A stretch of 54,805 bases of DNA, counting the filler, from Asterionella formosa (taxonomy: Eukaryota), in the NCBI GenBank assembly GCA_002256025.1. It is 4 parts of 4 records of this genome, joined end to end, with 100 filler letters (N's around TTAATTAATTAA, not from the genome) between each part and the next. Parts side by side here need not be neighbours in the genome. Positions count along the whole stretch, not along the records: positions 41,185 to 54,805 come from NKIB01006565.1; 3 more parts are not named here. One strand, 5' to 3'. The notes under the pieces were generated by a model. That model was not told the origin of the DNA. It searched no databases and saw only the letters and a program-made list of their open reading frames with translations. The position numbers and the translations under genes are program-made. Positions 45,236 through 54,805 of the stretch are shown here, piece after piece (positions within the stretch are counted from its first letter, which is position 1; every line of letters starts with the position of its first letter).

Positions 45236-48200
45236 CTAGTCATCAAGTATGATGGATTTGAAGAATTTCGCTTCTTCTTCATTGACTCGGATTTTCCCAT
45301 TGGTTTTCACCTCTTCGTTCAATCGACCGAATTCCCCAGTAATTCGAGAAAAAAGACCAGCAGGTGTAGCAGACCCCTCGCCATCATCGCCAATGTCTAG
45401 CCGCCCTGATAGAATATTACTCAAGGTAGGATACTTGAAAGATATTTCATTATTGTCTGAGAGAATTTGCTTGGCTGATAAATAATACAAAGAGGCATCA
45501 TTATACTTCTTCAAGTAAAACCGATGTAAATCGCCCACCGTCAATAATGCAAGAATGTAGTCAATACTATTCCTGTCCTTGTTGGCATCCTGAATTCGGA
45601 TATAGTCTGTCAAGGATTTGAGCGCAGCGTCGTATTCACCTAATTGGTACCTCAACATTCCAATGCTTCGATGTTCACGTGAACAATGAACGCTGTCCTT
45701 TCTATACGTCTGCAACTTGATGTTTAGAGCTTTTTTGTAGCAGTCTTTCGCGTCATCTAACCTTCCCAGGTCTTTATTGACATGACCAAGGGGAATGAGA
45801 ATATCACACAATCTCTCGTCAGTTTCTCCAAATTGAGTTAGGAGGATCTCCACACACTTTTCGTAGCAGCCAAGAGCATCGTCCGAGTCACCGGATTGTC
45901 GATAGACGTGTCCGATCTCTTTCATCGTTTCAACCGTGTAACTTTGATCAACCAGAGATTTACGAATATGCAAAGCGTCTAGGAGAAATGATATGGCTCT
46001 ATCAAATTCTCCTTTTTTTCGTGATAAGACCCCAAGGAAGTGGAAGGATTCCCCACAAAGTGGATTGTCCGTTCCAAGGCTGGCTTGCCGACATTCAAGG
46101 CCTTCTACAAAACATTCATAGGCCTTGTCGTACTTGCATTGTTTCATTTGTATCTTGCCCATAAACTCCAAGGTGGCAGCAATATCGGGATGAGGAAGCG
46201 GAAGATTCTGTCTCTGCCAATCGAGACACTCCCCAAACATTGCCAAAGCTTCGGTGTCTTCTCCCATTTCTGCTTTCAACTCGCCAATATTGAAAAGCAC
46301 ACTTGTAACTTTTTCACTGTCTTCGCCATACACTCGTTCCGAAAGCTCTAAAGCTTTATTGAAAAATTTGAGAGCGTCATCCTTTTCGCCCACTGATCTG
46401 TGGAGTTGACCAATCTTTTCAAGGGTCAAAATGACTGTTGGGCTTTCGCCAAGCTTTTTAATTCGGATAAGAAATGACTGTTCAAAGAACTTAAACGCTG
46501 GTTCCGTTTCATTAAGTTGTTGATGAAGGGTGCCCATATCGAAAAGGGCAGATGATCGTTCCAAAGAGTCTTCTTTTCGATCTTCGGTTTGTTTTAAACA
46601 ATCGTCGAATGCTGACAACGCTGCTGCAATATCGCCGTGGTCAATGAGAGTACGGGCGATGCATCTAAAATCGTATGCGGTCCTTTCCATCAATGTCCGC
46701 TTCACTTTTCGCATGGATTTGACCGCCAGATCGAATGATTCTTTGCATCCCTCGAAATCCCCATGTAAGGCGTCGGTCTTTCCATTTAGAATATGAATGT
46801 CGGTTGGATCCGCGTCACTTCGATGTTGCTCAAACATACGGTAAGCCTTGTCGAAATAATCGATCGCTTTGACTTTATCACCGCGCTCCACGCAAATATC
46901 ACCCATGAAACTGTAAATAGATGCAAGGTCACAACTGCTTTCGTCGATTTGAACTTTCCACTTCAAGCACTCGTTGAGGGCAATATAGGCATTATCGTGT
47001 TCACCCATGACATGATACAGGTGCCCCTTGCGACCAAGCGCAATACCGATCTCCACTCGATTGTTTGCAGAATCGTTGAACAGTCGATCCAACGCCAAGT
47101 CGTAAAATTCCATGGCTCCCCTATAGTCGCAATTTGTCATCAATGCGTCGCCTTGGATCATAAGGGCTTCTGCAAACAGAGCTCCTCGCTCATCACATTC
47201 TTTCGTTACCTTAAGGCATTCTTTGATGATTTTGAGCCCTTTATCGTGGTCATGTTTGGCAAGGTAAACTGTACTCAAACTATAAAGAATTTCTCCAGCG
47301 AGCGGGGAATTCTTGGGCGCAAGTTTGATGGCAGCTTTATAATGCGTAATAGCATCCGAATATTTGTTGTGGACAGATAAAGCAAATCCGATGGCATGCA
47401 GAGCCTTTGCAGCTTCGACAGCCGTATGTTGCTTTCTACACTGGGGTGCATTTTCCGCGATAAATAATGCCGTCTTGTTACAGATGGTGACCGCGACTTC
47501 GACTGGATCCGCGGTAATGGTTTCATCATCATCCATGGCAACTCGAAGTTTCTCGCAATCTCGAAGGTGAGTATCTGTTCCTTGGAACCAGCCCATATGA
47601 TCCAAACGCTCGATCAAAAAACGTTCATCGCGAAGCAAGACTGCTACCTTTTGATACATTTCTGCTTTCAGCATATGTTGAAGCAAATTTTCCAATGCAT
47701 AATTGCGGCATGCGTCTTCCACGCCATCACGATTGCTTTCGAATTTTTTTGCCAGATATCCTGAGGCAAAAGCATCGTGCCAGCGGCGAGCCGTCTCGGG
47801 CTGCGGAGAGCTGAATTGCATTTCACGCACCAGTGACAAGGCGAATTCGGCTTGCATTTCGTGATGGATTTCCACGTACGGTGTTCCTCCTTTTTCTACG
47901 ATAGACAAGAGACCCAACGACGTTAAAGCTTCGGAAATAAATCGGACACTTTTGCGCAGTTGATTTGTCGTCAAATTTTCGCCCAATTCATTGGTGGCGT
48001 CGCGCTCGGTTCGCAGCAACTGACCCCAAAGTAAATGAACAGCTTCCAAAGGCACTTCGTCAGGGAAAACTAAAGCCATGGAAGACAAGCACATCTTCAT
48101 CAAGTTAGTAGGTTGACCACCAGCAGCCAACACAGGACTTAACATTAAATTCATGACCTCGTTCAAGATACTGACCGGAAGAAGTTTCGACGACGAGCGC

Positions 48201-49798
48201 GAATGGCGAAGTTTAAGCAAGCAATTACTGAGTTCCTGGTTAAGTTCTTCCAACCCTTTGACGATACCAGCAGTTTCTTGCTTGAGGCGGAACCAACGAG
48301 CCACAGTTCGGATGGTGAGTGGATGGTAACCACAACGTTGAACGATAGTCTTGGTTTCCAAAGAAGTACGCAAAATGTGGGTAGCGGGATAATTTGCTTC
48401 GGTTAAAAATAATTCCAGAGCTTCTTCCTCCACCAATGGTTCTAATTCCAATGTCCATTCCACGTACAGGTTTGGAGATGACGTCGTCACCAACATGGAT
48501 TGGTCTTTAATGAACCAAAACCATTCAATTTCGTGATCGTCAAAAACATCATCCAGAACCAACAAGAGTGCCTTGCTCTTTTGTTGCAAAATTAAAGACA
48601 TATCGCGTTTGACTTGGAACATTTTTTCTTCTTCTTTCTTTTGCACGATTGCTTTCTCTTCCCGACTACGGAGTGGCAAAGGCCAGTCTGGCTTCACCCC
48701 AAGTTGTACACATAACGAATCCAAATATTTGACGTACTTCTGATAATTCATACCAGATCCCAAATCATGGTTGTACTTGCCAAGCCTTAACCACAAAACT
48801 GTAAAATTTGATTGTACTGAAGGATGAGACACGACCATCGCTGCTAGAGTCGTTTTCCCCCAGCCTTGGCCCTGCTGAGCCGCAGTCCTGGTGCAATCTT
48901 CGTGCGCTGATGAAATGGCTACTTTCACGTTCGGTGCATCGTTGAGTTTCGTCAAAATCCGATGAATACAATCGTGGCGAGGCAATGGAGTCGAACGAAT
49001 TTGATGGAAAATCGACTGTACCACAAGTGGAACTTCTGTGTCCGAGACCGAGTCATCGATAATCCCACAAGCTTCTCGCAAACCCTGTGAGTTGGGGACC
49101 CATTTCAACGACATGAGTACGTCGTAGGCTTCGAGACGGAATTCTTTCGGCGAACCAGTTCTTTTTGGACTCTTGTTAGCAGAGTGCCAGATGTCCTCAC
49201 ATTGATGCGAGAGTTTCCAGTGACCAGCATAGCTGGACAAAACCTCCATGAGCGTGACGTAACAGATCTCCGTTCCTTTATTGTTGTTGTCGACCGTCTC
49301 CACCATGAGTTCCAGAAGAACTTTGGACGTTTGCCATTTGGATTCATCCGAAAATTTCACTTGGGAAAAGAGCTTTTCCAAAGCAGGTGCATATTGCAGG
49401 TACACTTTGTGATGGTAAAGCGCCTTGATAAGACTATGAAAGGCTTCCAGCATGTCCTTCCGAGAGGCAACTTCCCTTTCTGCCCCTGCGTCGAGATTTT
49501 CGATATCGCGAATTGATATGGCTCCATTTGAACCAGAATCGTGCGACGATCGACGATTGTTGGCAGGCAAGGAGTCTGCGATTTGACATTCTTCTTCGTA
49601 AGCGTCTTGGACGTCGTTGGCAAGTTCGTCGAGTTCTTCGAGCCCGCTCATGTCTTGCTCGCTCGTCAATGATTTGCACCGTATTGGTATGATTGTGGAA
49701 GGAGAGTAGAATGTAAAGCACGAGTAATGAGAAAGGATAGACCAAGGGAGGCTGCCAATGTCAATTAGAAGCGGCGGCGATGTCGATTGTGAACCCAT
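45236..49798 (-). CDS. NLR-like STAND NTPase: NB-ARC, APAF-1-type helical domain and TPR array
   Basis: Walker A GQGWGKTT (~48849-48872), Walker B LLLVLDDV, RNBS-B-like MLVTTS, EEALELF, GLPL-like CGYHPLTI, MHD-like EIHHE and YALENLLQHML. Roughly 15 TPRs of ~42 aa follow. The start may be MSGLEEL at 49651. Confidence 0.85.
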   Translation of the reverse strand: MGSQSTSPPLLIDIGSLPWSILSHYSCFTFYSPSTIIPIRCKSLTSEQDMSGLEELDELANDVQDAYEEECQIADSLPANNRRSSHDSGSNGAISIRDIENLDAGAEREVASRKDMLEAFHSLIKALYHHKVYLQYAPALEKLFSQVKFSDESKWQTSKVLLELMVETVDNNNKGTEICYVTLMEVLSSYAGHWKLSHQCEDIWHSANKSPKRTGSPKEFRLEAYDVLMSLKWVPNSQGLREACGIIDDSVSDTEVPLVVQSIFHQIRSTPLPRHDCIHRILTKLNDAPNVKVAISSAHEDCTRTAAQQGQGWGKTTLAAMVVSHPSVQSNFTVLWLRLGKYNHDLGSGMNYQKYVKYLDSLCVQLGVKPDWPLPLRSREEKAIVQKKEEEKMFQVKRDMSLILQQKSKALLLVLDDVFDDHEIEWFWFIKDQSMLVTTSSPNLYVEWTLELEPLVEEEALELFLTEANYPATHILRTSLETKTIVQRCGYHPLTIRTVARWFRLKQETAGIVKGLEELNQELSNCLLKLRHSRSSSKLLPVSILNEVMNLMLSPVLAAGGQPTNLMKMCLSSMALVFPDEVPLEAVHLLWGQLLRTERDATNELGENLTTNQLRKSVRFISEALTSLGLLSIVEKGGTPYVEIHHEMQAEFALSLVREMQFSSPQPETARRWHDAFASGYLAKKFESNRDGVEDACRNYALENLLQHMLKAEMYQKVAVLLRDERFLIERLDHMGWFQGTDTHLRDCEKLRVAMDDDETITADPVEVAVTICNKTALFIAENAPQCRKQHTAVEAAKALHAIGFALSVHNKYSDAITHYKAAIKLAPKNSPLAGEILYSLSTVYLAKHDHDKGLKIIKECLKVTKECDERGALFAEALMIQGDALMTNCDYRGAMEFYDLALDRLFNDSANNRVEIGIALGRKGHLYHVMGEHDNAYIALNECLKWKVQIDESSCDLASIYSFMGDICVERGDKVKAIDYFDKAYRMFEQHRSDADPTDIHILNGKTDALHGDFEGCKESFDLAVKSMRKVKRTLMERTAYDFRCIARTLIDHGDIAAALSAFDDCLKQTEDRKEDSLERSSALFDMGTLHQQLNETEPAFKFFEQSFLIRIKKLGESPTVILTLEKIGQLHRSVGEKDDALKFFNKALELSERVYGEDSEKVTSVLFNIGELKAEMGEDTEALAMFGECLDWQRQNLPLPHPDIAATLEFMGKIQMKQCKYDKAYECFVEGLECRQASLGTDNPLCGESFHFLGVLSRKKGEFDRAISFLLDALHIRKSLVDQSYTVETMKEIGHVYRQSGDSDDALGCYEKCVEILLTQFGETDERLCDILIPLGHVNKDLGRLDDAKDCYKKALNIKLQTYRKDSVHCSREHRSIGMLRYQLGEYDAALKSLTDYIRIQDANKDRNSIDYILALLTVGDLHRFYLKKYNDASLYYLSAKQILSDNNEISFKYPTLSNILSGRLDIGDDGEGSATPAGLFSRITGEFGRLNEEVKTNGKIRVNEEEAKFFKSIILDD

Positions 49799-50279
49799 CT
49801 TTCCTCCATGATTAAGATAATAAATTTCATACTATAGAAGAATCAATTTATTAATACATACATAATTATATATATATGAAATTTATATATTCTATAATAT
49901 TTTTTACATCATTTAATATCATGATGTCGTTACCGGTAGTTCACTGTGGTGAATTCCAGGGGGGGCAGTACGACTAAGATAGGGACGGCATTGTATAAAA
50001 CAATAATATTGGAACTGTATATATGATACAGCGAAGAAAACAGCAAAGCCCTCATTAATGCCTGTACAAAGATGGTACCAGGTATTTGGTACCAGATACG
50101 TTAAATTAAATATACAGTTTTCCATACGTAAATATTCCGGAACGGTACTCCCTAACAGTTTACCGGTATGTGTTTATTCAACACATTCATACCGCCATAC
50201 AAACGATACATACTACAGTATTATTAGCATCAAAGCATAATGACACGCTATTTATAGTGTTAATTCACTTAGGATGCCG

Positions 50280-50351
50280 GACTGGATCGTATAGTGGTTA
50301 GTATAAAGCATTGTGGTTGCTTTGACCGGGGTTCGATTCCCCGTCCGGTCA
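50280..50351 (+). tRNA. tRNA-His (GUG)
   Basis: Acceptor stem GACTGGA/TCCGGTC, D-arm GTATAGTGGTTAGTAT, anticodon arm AAGCA-TTGTGGT-TGCTT, T-arm CGGGG-TTCGATT-CCCCG, discriminator A. Confidence 0.92.
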
Positions 50352-50872
50352 TCCGTCTTGCTAGGGATTTCTTTCTGTTTTATTGCTTTTCACTCTGGAG
50401 GCTTCTTATCATTCTGTCATCAGTCCCCATTGGACGTCATTGGTATATCATCTCTGGTTACTTACAAAAAATGATGGTTTGTATCATAACTTTGTGTAAC
50501 CAATAGGTTTTTAGACTGTATGACTTGTCTTATGGCTGTATCAATGATGATGCTGTCATTGATTGCTGTGTATCACATCCATTGTCACTGATAAAATAAC
50601 TGCAAACACACTAGCATCAATCCAATAATGCACAAACTAGTGGCTGCAAAAGGGTGTGCTAACCACTAAGTCATTCCCCTACTGTCATCATCTGTTTTAG
50701 CATCAACATCATGACTGTCATTGATAACAAATGGAGGCAACACATGAATGCCTGCATACAGCTTTTATCTTATTTTTTGATGCAGTTATTGAGCGATTCT
50801 GCCTTCAAAATAAAGGACCATTTTTGAGATTAAGTTACTGATATACCTGTGCTACAATTTCGGTAAGAAGTC

Positions 50873-51339
50873 NNNNNNNNNNNNNNNNNNNNNNNNNNNN
50901 NNNNNNNNNNNNNNNNNNNNNNNNNNNNNNNNNNNNNNNNNNNNNNNNNNNNNNNNNNNNNNNNNNNNNNNNNNNNNNNNNNNNNNNNNNNNNNNNNNNN
51001 NNNNNNNNNNNNNNNNNNNNNNNNNNNNNNNNNNNNNNNNNNNNNNNNNNNNNNNNNNNNNNNNNNNNNNNNNNNNNNNNNNNNNNNNNNNNNNNNNNNN
51101 NNNNNNNNNNNNNNNNNNNNNNNNNNNNNNNNNNNNNNNNNNNNNNNNNNNNNNNNNNNNNNNNNNNNNNNNNNNNNNNNNNNNNNNNNNNNNNNNNNNN
51201 NNNNNNNNNNNNNNNNNNNNNNNNNNNNNNNNNNNNNNNNNNNNNNNNNNNNNNNNNNNNNNNNNNNNNNNNNNNNNNNNNNNNNNNNNNNNNNNNNNNN
51301 NNNNNNNNNNNNNNNNNNNNNNNNNNNNNNNNNNNNNNN
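50873..51339. other. Intra-scaffold assembly gap
   Basis: Run of N without the linker motif. Confidence 0.95.
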
Positions 51340-51980
51340 GATTGGGGGAATGAGTTTCACCTCAAAATAGTCCAAATTTAGTTCAAGGGGAAAACATTTT
51401 GAAAATGATCATACCATGAATGGAATCAACAAGATAGCTGGCACTGTCTGAGTTGGCCAGCATATCAATTTAGGTATGATTGGGTCAGCAGGCATGAATA
51501 TCTAGGATGTCCAAATTGTTGTGTTGGCAAATTTACTGCAACTTGCTGGAAGTGGTGATGCACAAAGAAAATACGCAAGCTATAGCTACATAACAGCAAT
51601 CGCAGTGTTGCTAGCTTTGGGCATGGTCTGTGCATACTAGTACATACTTCGACTTCGAATTCAACTGAGTGATGATGAGAGTTGAATTCTTTATCAATAG
51701 ATGATGTGCAATAGATACCGTTACATTACGCATGCCGGTACATACGGTACGTTCCTTGTACTCCGTATTTTTATTTTCGCTTATTGTATACGGTTTATAT
51801 GGTCCTGGGTATACGACCGGTAGCTGTAATATCCGGGTCTTTCGAGGAATAATTTCAAAAGTCGCTGAGCACGATCGATGCAGGCAGATCTTCCTTCAAC
51901 AAAATGGACCAAGCAAGTGATGAGACTGGTAATGGCGGGTGTTTGCGATTTCTGGATATATCTGATGCGCTAGCGGGTCT

Positions 51981-53762
51981 ATGAAGTGTACCACAAAGAA
52001 GATGATTCGACGATCTGGTGGAAGAATCAGCAACCGAACGATCGGTATATATCTAGTTATTTTGGCAATCGTCCTTCAGCTACAGCTCGGTGTCGCGTTG
52101 AGTACAGGACAACCTTTGAAACAGGCGGCTCGACTGTCAGCATCACATCTACAATCAAGATGGAGACGAGGGGAGATCTATCCCGAAGATGATGACATCG
52201 AAAAGGAGAAACAGGCCGAGCGCCCCACTTTGACTGAAACGGAAACGCGCGGACCAACTGCCGCTCCAGGCGAGCCGAAAATTGTGGTTCTTGGAGCATC
52301 GGGCAAGATTGGTCGTTTGGTAGTCCAACAGCTCATGGAAATCCCAAGCTTAGATGCTACGATTGTTGCATTTGTCCGAGACTATGACAAGGCCTGCCGA
52401 GTCTTTTACGAGGAGGTCCTAGTCCCTCGTACTCAATCCAGACGAGGGCCTAAGTTACAGATTGTGGTGGGAAACCTAGTGCCGCCAGAAGATTTGCCTG
52501 GATATGTCGACAAAGAGGAGGCCTTATGGGAAAGTAAAGCAGAATCTGCCTCCAGATTTTACAACAACAAAAAACACGACTATGATAACCGCGAACTATT
52601 ACCAGATATTAACGAGTCATTGGAAGAAGCCATAAAGGGGTGTACCACGATCATTAGTTGTGTGGGAGCAGTCCGACCTACGAATCTTTGGTCCGACTAC
52701 ATCAAGTTTCCTATCTGGAGGTTGTTTCAAAAGGATGTGAGCAGCTGGTGTCGTGATGAGCGTCATCCTTACTATGTGCACTATGTTAGTACCAGAAAGG
52801 TTTTGGGGTTTGCCGAAAGCGAGCAACGACGACGGGAAGCTGCCATAGAGGAAGAGGACGACAGCCATAAGGATCACGTGATGAAAGACCGAATACGTTT
52901 CATACGGATATCTGACCTTTGCCTTTCGAAGCGGCCCTGGAGTTTTGTTCCGGTGGTGACGAATGTTGTACAATCAATGGTCTTTCGATACCAGGACATG
53001 GCGGAACGCTTGCTCGACGAAAGTACGGAAATCGATACAATCAACGTACGACCAGGTGATTTGACAGACGAAGAACGGGTAAGTGTCAAGTGTGATTTTA
53101 TACATGTTTACTCCTCTCTCATATGCTAGTTTCGTATCTGACGCTTCAACTTTCAGGATGTCAATACAACCAGTTTACAAGTTGATCCAAGTGGAAAGCT
53201 TCCTTATCCAGCCATGGTCAGTCGGGAAGATGTGGCTTCGCTGGCAGTGACAAGTGCATTGTTCAGTGCATCTACCATGACAAATTCGAAAGAAGCGCAT
53301 AAGGTTTCTCCATTCCACATGACACTGGCCGTACGATGGGTTGGTGAGTGTGCAGAGCATCAGCCTAGTCAAGGTGAAAAAAATGACGGAGCTAAGGACG
53401 CAGAAAAGTGTATGGAAAAAATTTTGAAGGGCAATCGAAAGTCTACAAAACGAAGTCGACGACGACGCCTTAAGACAATGCAGGCGTATCATCCAGCATT
53501 GGTTCGATTTATGGAGAAACGAAGGAGGAATCTTAAGCCGTATGCAATCTTCGTGGCTTTCCCGGTCTATTTGATGTTGTGCTTGGCTTTCACTACTATT
53601 CTGCAGCATTTGCCACTGCATCGAATCACAGGCTACGAACGAGCATCTGAAATGGTGAAAAAGCTGCATCATGCATTGCTAACAACCATTTTGTCGACGA
53701 TGCCTCAGATTCAACAGTGGTTCAATTCGCTTAGTCGACAAAAGTCCTACATTTCATTCTAG
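51981..53762 (+). CDS. Atypical SDR / NAD(P)H-binding Rossmann protein (Tic62/NmrA-like) with signal peptide and C-terminal TM helix, 2 exons
   Basis: IVVLGASGKIGRLVV, AFVRD, AIKGCTTIISCVG, NVRPGDLTD and MVSREDVA. A 78-bp GT-AG intron at 53079-53156 joins the two ORFs in frame. Hydrophobic segments IGIYLVILAIVLQL and YAIFVAFPVYLMLCLAF. Confidence 0.85.
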
Positions 53763-53864
53763 AGACACAGCGGACTCTTTTCACCCTTATAGGGATCATA
53801 TGTTGTAGTCAAGCAATTTATCTACAAGCAATGTTTACGTCTCTATAACTATGTACCCATGTCA

Positions 53865-54273
53865 TTACCGGCCTGCTGCTCCCATAGTCTGTTGCAACTG
53901 CTGCTGCTGCTGCTGAATTTGAGCTTCATTCGCCGTCTGCAGGACAAGTCCCACCTTTTCTTGGGCCTCCAAGTATTTGGAAACACAGCGATCGGTACAG
54001 CTCATCTCGCCCAATTGAAGGTCTTGATCTTTATGCTTCCTAGCAGCACACTTAGTGAAGCAGGTTCGAGCAATTTTATTGAATAGATCAGTGTACATTT
54101 CCATCTCAGTCGTCGCTGTGAGAGTGGTATATTAAGCAATCTAGCGATGAATGACATACCGATAGGCAGAACAGACGTGGGCGCATCAGAGAAAAAAGTC
54201 AAATTAACTTACCAGCGAACAAAGGATCTGGGCCTTCAGGCTGTTGCTTTCCTCCTCCTCCGAAAAAGCTCAT
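53865..54273 (-). CDS. TIM10: Mitochondrial small Tim chaperone TIM10, 2 exons, 103 aa
   Basis: Exon 1 (54273-54213) [24 protein letters not shown] intron 54212-54116; exon 2 has [12 protein letters not shown] and twin CX3C motifs ([18 protein letters not shown]). Confidence 0.92.
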
Positions 54274-54642
54274 CGTTACGTGTGTTGAGTGGTATGGGAA
54301 GGAAGGATATTATGAAACTGTTGACGGCGTCAGCTAAGCTAAAAGAGATTGTGACGAACAATTGGGGTCAACGGGGGACAGCAGGGGCAGGCGGCACTAG
54401 CGCAAGGAAAATGCGTACCAAGTAAATTGATCCATCCAGAAATGCAGGATGGGACAGATGTGGGGCCTCTGCCAACACGCAATCTCTCCCTACTAAATCG
54501 AAGACGCCGTTTACGGCACTTTTTCGAATTTATGTCTAAAGTGACGTATTTATGCTACTTTTGGGGGAATTTATTAGGGTAAAACCAAAATTATTATGTG
54601 TTCTAAAACAAAATTTACTTTACTTATCGGGTTCTTTCCGGC

Positions 54643-54805
54643 TCATTAGGCTGATTTCAGTCTCTCTTTGAGGCTCAATTTGAAAACCTTATTGTTACTT
54701 TCCTCGAACTTTTGATACATCCTTAAATAGTACATTTTCTCCTGTATACAAGGGCTATACATGTTCAAGATAAAGAATTGAAAATTGAACTACTAATGTT
54801 TAGTC
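54643..54805 (+). repeat. Second copy of the terminus of the piggyBac-like element
   Basis: Colinear match to 1511-1670 (TCATTAGGCTGA.TTCAGTCTCTCTTTGAGGCTCAA..TTGTTACTTTCCT..AAGGGCTATA..TTGAACTACT). Runs off the end of the window. Confidence 0.85.

Noticed and set aside
1..54805. A functional gene cluster spanning the whole window
   Set aside because: Three identical 100-bp linkers separate segments of steadily decreasing length (13630, 13629, 13625, 13621 bp). These are size-sorted scaffolds, so adjacency across linkers has no biological meaning.

Overview
Eukaryotic nuclear DNA from a diatom-like alga with a complex red plastid, shown by short GT-AG introns and two bipartite plastid presequences with the (A/V)SA-FAP motif. 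The window is not contiguous: it is four scaffolds of 13630, 13629, 13625 and 13621 bp (1-13630, 13731-27359, 27460-41084, 41185-54805) joined by 100-bp N44-TTAATTAATTAA-N44 linkers. Genes: STI1-domain protein, eIF4E, ELP6, MFS transporter, TEY-type MAP kinase, TBC1D23-like TBC-rhodanese protein, a small probably mitochondrial hypothetical protein, a WSCD-like sulfotransferase with a large Gln-rich insert, an EHD-family ATPase with no C-terminal EH domain, a head-to-head pair of plastid-targeted genes resembling plastid-specific ribosomal proteins PSRP6 (cL38) and PSRP7 (two S1 domains), an NLR-like NB-ARC-TPR protein, tRNA-His(GUG), an NAD(P)-binding Rossmann protein and TIM10. Intergenic DNA holds decayed piggyBac-like, Copia and Gypsy elements, several TIR/MITE elements, tandem duplications and many TA-CC(W)GG-TA palindromes that look like transposon excision footprints. 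The most interesting signals are the divergent PSRP6-like/PSRP7-like pair (one member has a doubled HxxxCxCxxC motif in its transit-peptide region), the NLR-like protein and the footprint arrays. Family assignments come from recalled motifs; no database searches were run.
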